From NCBI GenBank assembly GCA_963422735.1, contig OY730476.1:3616001-3680000 (forward strand): a stretch of DNA of 64,000 bases, written 5' to 3'. The notes below the pieces were generated by a model. The model made no database searches. It saw only the letters and a list, made by a program, of their open reading frames with translations, and was not told the origin of the DNA. Positions 1 to 9,694 of the stretch are shown piece by piece. The stretch comes from Candidatus Latescibacterota bacterium (GTDB lineage: Bacteria; Latescibacterota; UBA2968; UBA8231). Each line of letters begins with the position of its first letter. The stretch's first letter is position 1. Both the position numbers and the translations under genes were made by a program.

Positions 1-1
1 G

Positions 2-265
2 GAAAGCGCGTTGGGAGGGCGGCCCTGCTATTTGCTGGTCATGGCACCAGAAAACGAAGCCTCTGTGGTCGAACAGATGCGGGTCTGGGTGGATCCTAGG
101 GGGTGGTTTCTGCTGCAAGTGGAGCGGCGCGAGGCCAATGGGAATCGCACCGCGTACGTGCTCAGGGATCACCGCACCAACAAGAGGATAGCCGACGAGG
201 TCTTTGCTTTTGAGGTGCCCGAAGGGGTGGAGGTGCTAGATACGAGGGAACCCCCCGTTGAATAA
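2..265 (+). CDS. lolA: Outer-membrane lipoprotein carrier LolA-like protein, C-terminal part (5' truncated by window edge)
   Basis: Open frame from window start; 'MRVWVD...LLQVERREANGNRTAYVL...DEVFAFEVPEGVEVLD' resembles the LolA C-terminus (F.F.xP.G..vid). Confidence 0.7.
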   Translation, partial: ESALGGRPCYLLVMAPENEASVVEQMRVWVDPRGWFLLQVERREANGNRTAYVLRDHRTNKRIADEVFAFEVPEGVEVLDTREPPVE

Positions 266-1925
266 GGGGGCGCGGTGGTGGGGCACGGCCCTGCTGATAC
301 ACGCGGGGGTCTTGGTGGTCGCGGCAGATCAGAATATCTGGATTCTGTTGCGCGACAAAACAGATGCCGACGGACAGCGCATCGCTTGGGTGGATTTGGG
401 GGCCGGTCATGCGGACGCGGAGCTGGACCTACCTGTCAGTCAGCGCTATATCGAGCGCCTGCGGGAGATGGGGGTGGCTGTGCGCTTCTCCTCGCGTTGG
501 CTCAACGCGGTCAGTGCTCGAGTCTCGCCCGAGGTGCAGCGCCGAGTGCAGGCCGCTGACTTTGTCGTCGCAACCCGGCCCGTGCAGCGCTTGCAGCGGC
601 CCAGCCCACCGTCGCCGGTGCCACTTGTCAGCCCCAAGTTGCTGCAAAGCCATTATGGCCTCGCCTTTGAGCAGTTAGCCCAAATCTCCGTTCCCCCCCT
701 ACACGACCAGGGTCTTACGGGTGTTGGGGTGCGCGTGGCCCTGCTCGACAACGGCTTTCACTACGCCGAGCACGCGGCCTTTGGCGCAATCCGCGTGGTG
801 GCCCAGCGCGATTTTGTCAATGACGACGAGGTCGTCGGCGACGAGGCCGATCAACCCATCACAGGCGACGAAATGAGCGGCAGCCAAAACTTGCACGGTG
901 CGCAAGTGCTTTCCCTAATGGCAGGCTACCACCCCGATCACTTTATCGGCGTGGCACCCGACGCCGAGTACATTTTGGCCAAGACCGAACTAGACGACAC
1001 CTTGCCCGAATTGCCCTCGGAGGAGGATCGTTGGGTCGCCGGTTTGGAATGGGCAGACAGCTTGGGAGCACAGGTGGTCAACAGCTCATTGGGCTACAAT
1101 CGGTGGGACGACGGCACCGGATATTCGCCGGCAGATCTGGACGGGGAAACCGCGCTGACGAGCGTGGCGGCGGCGCTGGCGGTGCGGCGCGGCATCGTCG
1201 TGGTGGTGGCTGCGGGCAATGAGGCCAACGGGGATTGGCACTACATAACGATGCCAGCGGATGCCGATGGCGTGATTGCGGTGGGGGCGGTAGATGTGCC
1301 CGGCAGCAGTGAGGGTGTGCCGCAGATTGCCTCCTTTAGCTCGCGGGGGCCGACGGCCGATGGTCGCATCAAGCCGGATGTGGTCGCGCCCGGCAGCGGC
1401 GTAGTAGTCGCGGATCTACGACGTGGCGGCTATGCGCGCAAAGGCGGCACTTCCTTTGCGGCACCCTTGGTGAGCGGGGTTTGCGCCCTGTTGTTGCAAA
1501 AAAATCCCGAATGGGAGCCGGACCAAGTGCTGGAGGCTTTGCGCTCGACCGCACTGGACCTGGGCGTGGCCGGTCCCGACACGGTGTATGGCTGGGGGCA
1601 GATAAACGCGCTGGTGGCCAGTGGCCTCGACGAGGTGCCGCCGCAGGCGGACCGCCTGTTGGCACCCTTTCCCAATCCGGCGCGGGACGGGGTAGTGCAT
1701 TTTCCGGTGCAACTAGCCGAGCGTGGCCTCGTCGAGTTGAGCGTTTTTGACGTAGCTGGCCGGTTGGTGTTCACCGAGCGTTGGGACCTGTGGCCGGGGA
1801 GCCACGACCGGCCGGACCGCGCCCCGCGCTGGACGCCGGGCCGGGCCGTGGCCGACGGGATATACTTCTATCAACTGCGGTCGCCTAGCCGCAGCCACTT
1901 GGGCAAAATTGCTCTTGTGCGCTAG
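258..1925 (+). CDS. Secreted S8 (subtilisin) serine peptidase with C-terminal T9SS-CTD/FlgD-Ig-like domain
   Basis: Catalytic motifs VALLDNG, HGAQV, GTSFAAPLVSG; oxyanion AAGN; signal peptide; tail PFPNP...VFDVAGRLV...DGIYFYQL...GKIALVR. Confidence 0.9.
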   Translation: MNKGARWWGTALLIHAGVLVVAADQNIWILLRDKTDADGQRIAWVDLGAGHADAELDLPVSQRYIERLREMGVAVRFSSRWLNAVSARVSPEVQRRVQAADFVVATRPVQRLQRPSPPSPVPLVSPKLLQSHYGLAFEQLAQISVPPLHDQGLTGVGVRVALLDNGFHYAEHAAFGAIRVVAQRDFVNDDEVVGDEADQPITGDEMSGSQNLHGAQVLSLMAGYHPDHFIGVAPDAEYILAKTELDDTLPELPSEEDRWVAGLEWADSLGAQVVNSSLGYNRWDDGTGYSPADLDGETALTSVAAALAVRRGIVVVVAAGNEANGDWHYITMPADADGVIAVGAVDVPGSSEGVPQIASFSSRGPTADGRIKPDVVAPGSGVVVADLRRGGYARKGGTSFAAPLVSGVCALLLQKNPEWEPDQVLEALRSTALDLGVAGPDTVYGWGQINALVASGLDEVPPQADRLLAPFPNPARDGVVHFPVQLAERGLVELSVFDVAGRLVFTERWDLWPGSHDRPDRAPRWTPGRAVADGIYFYQLRSPSRSHLGKIALVR

Positions 1926-1943
1926 GTGCTCTGAGAGAACGCT

Positions 1944-2471
1944 ATGATGATCCCAGCAAACGAGCGCAAGAAGCAGTTCAACAAACGCCTGCGGCGGCTC
2001 AACCGCGTCGTCTTGGGCGGCGTGACCCTCTTCGTGCCGATCTACATTGGGGTGAGTCTGACGGGTGAATCGGCGGACAAGCTGGAGAATCTGACCAACC
2101 TGTTCGCCAACATCAACAACCAAGTTACCCTGACTGTGCCCCCGGATGGGGTGCGCTACATGCACTTTTTTCGCGGCCTGCCCGACGAGGGCCACAAGTT
2201 CGTGCTCATCGATGTGCGTTTGCAAGTGAATTTGCAGCTCGCTTGGACGATTGTGCCACGGTGTTTTCAACTCGTTGACGACCGCGGGCGGCGGTATTAC
2301 CCGCTGTCGCGATCTCCGTTTTTTATTGCGCACAGCGACGAGCTCAAGGGGACGAAGGGCGCGGCTTACAAGGGGCAGCTACTCTTTGAAATAGCCTCTG
2401 ACCGCAAGCACGAAAGCCTCCTTTTTGATCGCTACAACGAAACCGAGGAAGACGACAATGGCTACGATTGA
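1944..2471 (+). CDS. Membrane-anchored hypothetical protein, DUF4352-like Ig fold
   Basis: One N-terminal TM segment; 'P.EG.KFVLIDV...FQLVDDRGRRY...G.LLFEI' pattern. Confidence 0.55.
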   Translation: MMIPANERKKQFNKRLRRLNRVVLGGVTLFVPIYIGVSLTGESADKLENLTNLFANINNQVTLTVPPDGVRYMHFFRGLPDEGHKFVLIDVRLQVNLQLAWTIVPRCFQLVDDRGRRYYPLSRSPFFIAHSDELKGTKGAAYKGQLLFEIASDRKHESLLFDRYNETEEDDNGYD

Positions 2472-3553
2472 GGAACAGTTGGCAAGCGGGCGGCAGCAGC
2501 TAGAGCGGCTGAGAGGGTATCTTTGACATAAGCGGCAAGAAGGAAGAGCTGGCCGCACTGGAGAAGCGCATGGCGGCCGCGGATTTTTGGAACGACCGGC
2601 GGCAGGCCGGATCCGTCGGCAAGATGGCGCGCATCCTCAAGGACACCATCGCGGATTGGGAGACCTTGGACGTGCAGTTGGAGGACTTGGACCAACTGCG
2701 GCAGATGGCGGCCGAAGAGGGCGATGCAGAGGCGTTGACCGAGGTCGAAGCCGAGGTCGAGCACGCGATGCGGGGCATTGGCGAATTGGAATTTCGCACG
2801 ATGCTCAACGACGAGGACGACCCCAAGAACGCGATTCTTGTCATTCACTCGGGGGCAGGGGGCACGGACGCAGCCGAATGGGCGTCGATGCTGATGCGCC
2901 TGTACATGCGCTGGACCGAGCGCCGCGGCATGGAATGCACGGTCGTGGATCTGCAGCAGTCCGAGGAAGCTGGCATCAAGGGCGCAACCATTGAGGTTAG
3001 GGGGGATTATGCGTACGGCTACCTCAAGGCCGAGGCCGGCGTCCACCGCTTGGTGCGGCTCTCGCCTTTTGATACGAGTCGCCGTCGGCATACTTCGTTT
3101 GCTTCGGTCTTTGTCTATCCAGAAGTCGAAGACGATATCGAAGTTGACCTCAACGACGAGGACGTGAAGGTCGAAACCTACCGCTCTGGAGGCGCGGGCG
3201 GCCAACACGTGAACAAGACCGCCTCGGCCGTGCGGGTCACGCATCTGTCCACCGGCATTGTCGTCCAGTGCCAAAACGAGCGCTCGCAGTTCAAGAACAA
3301 GGCTACTGCGTTTAAGGTGCTGAAGGCGCGTCTGTACCAGTACCTCAAGGACGAACAGAAGCAGAAGCAGCTTGCGGTGGAGAGCACCAAAAAGAGCATT
3401 GACTTCGGGTCGCAGATCCGCTCCTATGTGTTCCATCCATACACCATAGTCAAAGACCACCGCACCGCTTGCGAGACGGCCAATGTCCAAGCGGTAATGG
3501 ACGGAGACATTGACCGATTCATCCGGGCCTATTTGACCGAGGGCCAAACGTGA
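2458..3553 (+). CDS. prfB: Peptide chain release factor 2 with programmed +1 frameshift
   Basis: ATG 2458 opens MATIEEQLASGRQQLERLRGYL, which ends at CTT-TGA-C (2521-2527); the +1 frame continues into the 2570..3553 ORF with SPF and GGQ motifs. Confidence 0.97.
2512..2527 (+). promoter_or_regulatory. prfB autoregulatory frameshift cassette (internal SD + CTT TGA C)
   Basis: AGAGGG-TAT-CTT-TGA-C matches the canonical RF2 shift site. Confidence 0.95.
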
Positions 3554-4815
3554 GCATCGCCTTGTTTGTCGCCGGTCGCTACCTGCGCTCCAAACAGCGC
3601 GAGGGCTTCTTCTCAGTTATCGCCTATATGGCCGTTGGTGGGGTAATCTTGGGGGTAGCGGCTTTGGTGATTATCCTCTCGGTGACGAATGGTTTTGCCG
3701 GCGAAGTCAAGAACCGGCTGATCGGCATGAACGCCCATGTCAACATTCGTCGCTTCGACGGCGGCCCCATCGCGGGCTGGGACGCGCTGTTGCAGCAGGT
3801 GAAAGGCGCTGCCGGGGTCGTGGGTGCTGCCGGGGTCGTGGATTCCAAGGTCATTATTGCCTCGCAGCTCGACTTGGGTCGGGTTGATGGCATTCCCGTG
3901 TGGGGCATTGATCCGGCGACCTTTCCGGCGGTCTCCGACCTGACCGAACACCTGCGCTACGCCGATCCAGAAGGGCAGATGCGTCTCGGCTTGCTCGAAG
4001 AGCTAAATAAGAAGGGGATTGTCCTTGGCGAGTACTTGGCGCGGCGCCTGCACGTGGGGCCGGGTTCTGAGGTGTTGCTGATGACGGTGCAGAACCTCGA
4101 TGTGGAAGCAGCCGTGATGGACGGCTTCTCTCCCCGCCCCTGGTCCTTTTTCGTGACCGATCACTTTGAAAGCGGCATGTACCAGTACGACGACAACTAT
4201 GCTTTTATTCATATAGGAGACGCCCAGCACATGCTCGAATTGGGCGATGCGATTACCGATATCCACATCCGCGTCGAAGACATCTACCAAGCGCCTGAGA
4301 TCCGCGACCGCCTAGCCGAGGAGTTGGGCTATCCCTACCAGGTGCGCGATTGGACCCAGCTTTTTCCCGAGTTTTTCCGCTGGATTGAGTTAGAAAAATG
4401 GGCGATCTTCCTCGCGCTGAGCCTCATCGTTCTGGTCGCTGCCTTTAACATCATGTCGATCTTGGTCATGTCGGTGCTGATCAAGACGCCCGAGATTGGC
4501 ATCTTGCGGACGATCGGTTGCACCGTGGGTGAGATTTATCGCATTTTCATCTATCAGGGCTTGGTCATTGGCGGCATCGGCACCTTCTTGGGTTGCTTGA
4601 TCGGCTTTGCGCTCTGCTGGGCCCAACAGCACTTTGCCCTGATTTCCATTCCCGGGGACATGTATTTCATCAGTTCGTTGCCCGTGAATATGGATGTCGT
4701 GGACTTCGCACTAGTGGCGGCGATCAGCGTGGTTATTTGCTTGGCGACGTCGATTTATCCGGCGCGCAAGGCCGCTGGGTTAATGCCCGTAGAAGCCATT
4801 AGGTATATAATGTAG
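3550..4815 (+). CDS. lolE: Lipoprotein-releasing ABC transporter permease LolC/E (FtsX-like)
   Basis: 'RYLRSK...GVAALVIILSVTNGF', 'IVLVAAFNIMS', 'YPARKAA.L.PVEAIRY'. Confidence 0.9.
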   Translation: MSIALFVAGRYLRSKQREGFFSVIAYMAVGGVILGVAALVIILSVTNGFAGEVKNRLIGMNAHVNIRRFDGGPIAGWDALLQQVKGAAGVVGAAGVVDSKVIIASQLDLGRVDGIPVWGIDPATFPAVSDLTEHLRYADPEGQMRLGLLEELNKKGIVLGEYLARRLHVGPGSEVLLMTVQNLDVEAAVMDGFSPRPWSFFVTDHFESGMYQYDDNYAFIHIGDAQHMLELGDAITDIHIRVEDIYQAPEIRDRLAEELGYPYQVRDWTQLFPEFFRWIELEKWAIFLALSLIVLVAAFNIMSILVMSVLIKTPEIGILRTIGCTVGEIYRIFIYQGLVIGGIGTFLGCLIGFALCWAQQHFALISIPGDMYFISSLPVNMDVVDFALVAAISVVICLATSIYPARKAAGLMPVEAIRYIM

Positions 4816-4816
4816 C

Positions 4817-5509
4817 ATGGTGAAACAAGCCGACATCATTCTCGAAGCGCGCGGTTTGTGCAAGGTATTCAACACCGGCGGCGAAGGCTTGGAGGTGCTC
4901 AAAGGTGTGGACTTAGCGGTGCGGGCAGGCGAGCTAGTCGCGATCATGGGCGAGTCTGGAGTTGGCAAGAGCACCTTGCTGCACCTGTTGGGTACGCTCG
5001 ACCTGCCGACGGCTGGCCAATTGCGGATTGCTGGCACCGACGTGCTCAATCTCGGCGATCAGGCGTTATCGCGCTTTCGCAATCGGCACATTGGGTTCGT
5101 ATTCCAATTTCACTACCTGCTGCCGGAATTTACCGCGCTGGAAAATGTCTTGTTGCCGGCGCGGGTTGCTGGCGTTGATCGCCGCAAGGAGGCCCTTGAG
5201 CTGATGGATTCCGTCGGGCTAGCCGACCGCTTGCACCACCGGCCTGGGGCGCTGTCGGGCGGCGAGTGCCAGCGGATAGCCATGGTGCGAGCGCTGGTCA
5301 CCCAGCCGTTGGTCGTGCTGGCCGACGAGCCGTCGGGCAATCTCGACGAGGCGACAAGCGAGTCTTTGCACGACCTGCTCGCCGGGTTGGCCCGGGAGCG
5401 CGGGCAGGCTTTTGTGGTGATGACCCACGACCGCAAATTGGCCCAGAGCATGGATCGCCAGGGGCGGATAGAAGCGGGTGTGCTGCATATGGAAGACGGT
5501 GCGACATGA
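4817..5509 (+). CDS. lolD: Lipoprotein-releasing ABC transporter ATPase LolD
   Basis: Walker A GESGVGKST, GFVFQFHYLLPEF, LSGGE, LADEPSGNLD; adjacent to lolC/E. Confidence 0.92.
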   Translation: MVKQADIILEARGLCKVFNTGGEGLEVLKGVDLAVRAGELVAIMGESGVGKSTLLHLLGTLDLPTAGQLRIAGTDVLNLGDQALSRFRNRHIGFVFQFHYLLPEFTALENVLLPARVAGVDRRKEALELMDSVGLADRLHHRPGALSGGECQRIAMVRALVTQPLVVLADEPSGNLDEATSESLHDLLAGLARERGQAFVVMTHDRKLAQSMDRQGRIEAGVLHMEDGAT

Positions 5510-6012
5510 AATGCGGAGTGTGCGCTAAGCGCGAGGCCGTAGTAGCCTATACCCATATCGTTGACGACGTAAAACAGACGCTCCTGCTCTGCCACCAGTG
5601 CGCTAGCGAAAAAAACATCAAGGTGCGGATAGCTCCGGCTATACAGACCAAAGATGCGCCCGTGCTGGTGAAGGAAATCAAGATAGAGCTGGCCAAGCTG
5701 GCCGGGGCCGAAGGCGACGGGGGAGTGCGCTGTCCGACTTGCGAGATGAGCTACGAGGAATTCAAGAAGATTGGTCGCCTCGGCTGCCCGCACTGTTACG
5801 ATGCCTTCGCCCCACAGCTAGAGCATCTGCTCAAGCGCATCCACGGCGACAACAGGCACCGGGGCAAGGGGCCGATGGAAGCGACACAAAGTGCCCCAGT
5901 GGCCGAGGAATTGGAGCGATTGCGCGAAAAGCTGGCCCAAGCGGTGGAGACAGAGGCTTTTGAAGAGGCGGCTCAGCTCAGGGACCGCATCCGCGTCCTC
6001 GAAGGAAAATAG
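5506..6012 (+). CDS. mcsA: McsA activator (CxxC zinc motifs + UVR domain)
   Basis: ATGA overlap with lolD stop; CGVC, CHQC, CPTC, GRLGCPHCY; C-terminal 'E.FEEAAQLRDRI'. Confidence 0.92.
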   Translation: MKCGVCAKREAVVAYTHIVDDVKQTLLLCHQCASEKNIKVRIAPAIQTKDAPVLVKEIKIELAKLAGAEGDGGVRCPTCEMSYEEFKKIGRLGCPHCYDAFAPQLEHLLKRIHGDNRHRGKGPMEATQSAPVAEELERLREKLAQAVETEAFEEAAQLRDRIRVLEGK

Positions 6013-6014
6013 CC

Positions 6015-7079
6015 GTGAATATCGAGGACCTCGTTTACAATGCGGCTAGCTGGCTCAGCGGGGAAGGAGATACCGATGGCATGGTCGTTAGCTGTCGCGC
6101 CCGCTTAGCCCGCAATCTCGCAGCGTGGCCCTTTGCGCCAAAGACCACGCTCGAAGATCAAGAAAAAATCATTGAACAGGTCTTGATGGCCGCCCAAAAG
6201 GGCCGCCCTATGCGCGATGCGGCCTTTTTCCAAATGAACGCTCTACAAGCCAATCAGCGCCAGTTACTGGTGGAGCGCCACCTGATTAGCCCGGCTCTTG
6301 CCAAAAGCAAGGGCCAACGCGGCGTGCTCTTCAATGCGGATGAATCGCTTAGGGTAATGATTAACGAGGAGGATCACCTCCGCTTGCAGGCCATCCTCCC
6401 GGGTTTGCAAACGCACGCGGCGTGGCAGCGGGTTGATGCGCTCGACGACGCGCTCAGGAGCGAATTGGACTGGGCGCAATCGGAGCGCTGGGGCTTCTTG
6501 ACGGCCTGCCCGACCAATACGGGGACGGGCTTGCGGATATCGGTACTCATCCATCTGCCGGCCTTAGTCCTGACCGAGGATATGGAGCGGGTGATGCGCG
6601 GTTTGACCCAGATGGCTTTCGCGGTGCGCGGTTTCTACGGAGAAGGTACCAATGCGGTCGGCAACCTGTTTCAGATATCCAACCAAGCCACCATGGGCGT
6701 GGCCGAAGGGGAGATCGTCGAAAAGCTCTCCGAGGTGACCCAACAGATTATGGGCTATGAAAAAGAGGCGCAGGCCGCCCTGCTGGCAGACGCACCAGCG
6801 CAAGTAGAGGACAAGGTTTGGCGGGCACATGGGATTTTGCAACATGCGCGGGTGTTGAGCGGTCAGGAGTTTATGAACTTACTATCGGCAGTGCGCTTAG
6901 GATGTTGTTTGGGGATGATCGACGGCTTGCCCCTTGGTTTTATCAACCAGCTAATGATCGTTACTCAACCATCGCATTTGCAGGCCGAAGCCGGAGCGGA
7001 TCTCTCGCCGGCAGACCGCGATGTGCGCCGCGCCGAACGGGTGAGGCGGTACTGGGCCGAACAGGGGGGTTCACCTTGA
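6015..7079 (+). CDS. mcsB: Protein arginine kinase McsB
   Basis: RARLARN, LVERHLIS, MINEEDHLRLQ, LTACPTNTGTGLR, FQISNQ. Confidence 0.95.
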   Translation: MNIEDLVYNAASWLSGEGDTDGMVVSCRARLARNLAAWPFAPKTTLEDQEKIIEQVLMAAQKGRPMRDAAFFQMNALQANQRQLLVERHLISPALAKSKGQRGVLFNADESLRVMINEEDHLRLQAILPGLQTHAAWQRVDALDDALRSELDWAQSERWGFLTACPTNTGTGLRISVLIHLPALVLTEDMERVMRGLTQMAFAVRGFYGEGTNAVGNLFQISNQATMGVAEGEIVEKLSEVTQQIMGYEKEAQAALLADAPAQVEDKVWRAHGILQHARVLSGQEFMNLLSAVRLGCCLGMIDGLPLGFINQLMIVTQPSHLQAEAGADLSPADRDVRRAERVRRYWAEQGGSP

Positions 7080-7104
7080 CAACAATTTGCCCTTTTGGTA
7101 GGTT
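7076..7104 (+). promoter_or_regulatory. Putative sigma70 promoter for clpC
   Basis: TTGACA (7076-7081), 17 nt spacer, TAGGTT (7099-7104) preceded by TG (extended -10). Confidence 0.5.
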
Positions 7105-7224
7105 CACAACCGAGAGTTATCCGGCAGATTTGTACTGCTCGATATTCAATTTACGCTCTCCGAAGTGTCGAAAATCAAGCTTCCTTACATTACATTACAT
7201 AGACGGATTGTGGAGGATTACTAG

Positions 7225-9693
7225 ATGAACAACATGTTCACCGAAAACGTAAAACAAGTAATGAAGCTGGCACGCGAAGAGTCGGCGCGCTTAGGCCATA
7301 ACTACATTGGCACCGAACATCTGCTGTTGGGCATTATCAAGGACGGCAAGGGCAAGGCCGTGGCCGTGCTGACGAACTTGGGGTTGAGCTTGGAGACGGT
7401 TAAGCAGTCGGTGGAGGACTACGTGACGACCTCGGGCGGCACTATGGCCATCGGCGAGGTGCCCTATACTCCCCGTGCCAAACAAATTCTCGAAGTGGCG
7501 GCCAACGAGGCCAAGGAGATGAAGACGCAGTTCATCGACGTCGAACACCTGCTCTTAGCTCTGCTCAAGGACAAGGATGGGGTTGCCGCGCAGATTCTGG
7601 CCGCCTTTGGCGTCGATTACAAAACGGCCCTGGAAGAGACCTTGGCCGTGCTCGAAGGTAAGACCACTGGGCGCAAGGAAAAGGGCAAGAAGAGCAAGAC
7701 GCCTTTCCTCGACCACTTTGGCCGCGACCTGACTCAGTTGGCGCGCGAGAGCAAGCTAGATCCGGTGATCGGCCGCCAGAAGGAGATTGAGCGCGTCACA
7801 CAAGTGCTCAGCCGCCGCAAGAAGAACAATCCCATCCTCATCGGCGATCCAGGCGTCGGCAAGACAGCCATCGTCGAAGGGCTGGCCCAGCGCATCATTG
7901 AAAAGCGCGTACCGCAGATCCTCCTCGACAAGCGCTTGGTCACCCTCGACATGGGCGGAGTGGTCGCCGGAACCAAATACCGGGGCCAGTTTGAAGAGCG
8001 CATCAAGGCGGTGATGAACGAGCTCCAGCAAAACTCCGAAGTCATCATTTTCATCGACGAGCTACACACCATTGTCGGTGCCGGCAGTGCCGAGGGCACG
8101 TTGGATGCTTCCAATATGTTTAAGCCCGCGTTGGCGCGCGGAGAATTGCAATGCATCGGGGCCACTACCCTCGACGAGTACCGCAAGCACATCGAAAAGG
8201 ACGGGGCCCTCGAGCGGCGTTTTCAGAGCATCATGGTCGATCCACCCTCGGTCGAGGACACCATTGAGATCGTCAAGGGGCTACGCTCCAGCTATGAGAG
8301 CCACCATCACGTGGAGTTTGCCGACGATGTCGTTGCCTATGCGGTGCGCCAAGCCGATCGCTACATAAGCGACCGCTACTTGCCCGACAAGGCCATTGAT
8401 GTGATTGACGAGACGGGCTCGCGCGTACACCTAGCTCGGCTCAGCCCGCCGGAAGAGATCGGCCGAATTGAGGCCGAGATACAGGAGATCAACCGCAAAA
8501 AGAACGAAGCGTCCGAACGCCAGGATTTCGAGGACGCCGCCGTGCTGCGCGACAAGGCGATCCATTTGAATGAACAGCTACAAAACAAACGCCAAGCGTG
8601 GGAGGAAGCGGTCCGCGACGAAGTGGTCGAGGTGACGACAGACGACATCGCCGAGGTCATCGCCAGTATGACCGGCATCCCGATCTCGCGGCTAGCCAAG
8701 ACCGAGACCGAGCGCCTGCTGGCCATGGAAGATGCACTCACAAAGAGCATCGTCGGTCAGCAACAGGCGGTCACCGCGGTTGCGCGGGCCATCCGCCGCA
8801 GTCGCGCGGGCCTACAGGATCCCAAGCGGCCCATCGGCTCTTTTATCTTTCTCGGCCCGACAGGCGTGGGCAAGACCGAGTTGGCCAAGCGGCTAGCCGA
8901 ATTCCTCTTCGACGACGCCGATGCGTTGATTTCGGTCGATATGTCTGAGTACATGGAGAAATTCGCGGTATCGCGCCTGATGGGCGCACCTCCGGGCTAC
9001 GTGGGGTTTGACGAGGGGGGGCAGCTAACCGAACGGGTTCGCCGCCGTCCCTATTCAGTGGTTTTGCTAGACGAGGTCGAGAAAGCCCATCCCGATGTCT
9101 TCAACATCCTGTTGCAGATTCTCGACGAGGGGCGACTCACCGATAGCACGGGCCGCAAAGTAGATTTCTGCAACACCGTGCTGATTATGACCTCTAACGC
9201 GGGTAGTCGGGATGTGGGCACGGGGGGTGTATTGGGCTTTCAGAAGTCCGATTCCGACTCGATGTACGCGCTGATGGAGGACAAGATCAACGACGCCTTG
9301 AAAAAGACCTTCAACCCCGAATTCCTCAATCGCGTTGACGACGCCATCATTTTCCACGCACTCGACAAAGAGCACATCGCCGCCATCATAGATATTCGCT
9401 TGGAGGAATTCAAAGCGCGTTTGGTACTGCAGGACATCCAAGTGCGAGTTACGCCTGGAGCCAAAACATTGCTCGCTGACAAGGGTTTTGATCAGGCGTA
9501 CGGTGCTCGCTATTTGGAACGGATCATCCAGAAGATGCTCGAAGATCCGCTGGCCGAGGAGATTCTCCAGGGCCGCTTTGGCGAGGGCAGTCGCATCCGC
9601 GTCACCAAAAAAGGCGAGGGACTAGTTTTCGACGATGAGCGTCGAGGGGGTGTGGGTGAAGAGGTAAAGAAGAAGCGTGCGACCACGAACTGA
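7225..9693 (+). CDS. clpC: ATP-dependent Clp protease ATP-binding subunit ClpC
   Basis: Clp N-repeats, two AAA+ modules ([16 protein letters not shown]), short UVR middle domain, GGVLGF ClpP-loop-like motif; follows mcsAB. Confidence 0.95.
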   Translation: MNNMFTENVKQVMKLAREESARLGHNYIGTEHLLLGIIKDGKGKAVAVLTNLGLSLETVKQSVEDYVTTSGGTMAIGEVPYTPRAKQILEVAANEAKEMKTQFIDVEHLLLALLKDKDGVAAQILAAFGVDYKTALEETLAVLEGKTTGRKEKGKKSKTPFLDHFGRDLTQLARESKLDPVIGRQKEIERVTQVLSRRKKNNPILIGDPGVGKTAIVEGLAQRIIEKRVPQILLDKRLVTLDMGGVVAGTKYRGQFEERIKAVMNELQQNSEVIIFIDELHTIVGAGSAEGTLDASNMFKPALARGELQCIGATTLDEYRKHIEKDGALERRFQSIMVDPPSVEDTIEIVKGLRSSYESHHHVEFADDVVAYAVRQADRYISDRYLPDKAIDVIDETGSRVHLARLSPPEEIGRIEAEIQEINRKKNEASERQDFEDAAVLRDKAIHLNEQLQNKRQAWEEAVRDEVVEVTTDDIAEVIASMTGIPISRLAKTETERLLAMEDALTKSIVGQQQAVTAVARAIRRSRAGLQDPKRPIGSFIFLGPTGVGKTELAKRLAEFLFDDADALISVDMSEYMEKFAVSRLMGAPPGYVGFDEGGQLTERVRRRPYSVVLLDEVEKAHPDVFNILLQILDEGRLTDSTGRKVDFCNTVLIMTSNAGSRDVGTGGVLGFQKSDSDSMYALMEDKINDALKKTFNPEFLNRVDDAIIFHALDKEHIAAIIDIRLEEFKARLVLQDIQVRVTPGAKTLLADKGFDQAYGARYLERIIQKMLEDPLAEEILQGRFGEGSRIRVTKKGEGLVFDDERRGGVGEEVKKKRATTN

Positions 9694-9694
9694 T

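Noticed and set aside
2462-3547. 361-aa antisense ORF opposite prfB, and similar long antisense ORFs at 34205-35185, 45941-47029, 48327-49181 and 63399-63995
   Set aside because: Shadow ORFs caused by GC-rich codon bias of the real sense genes; no recognisable motifs
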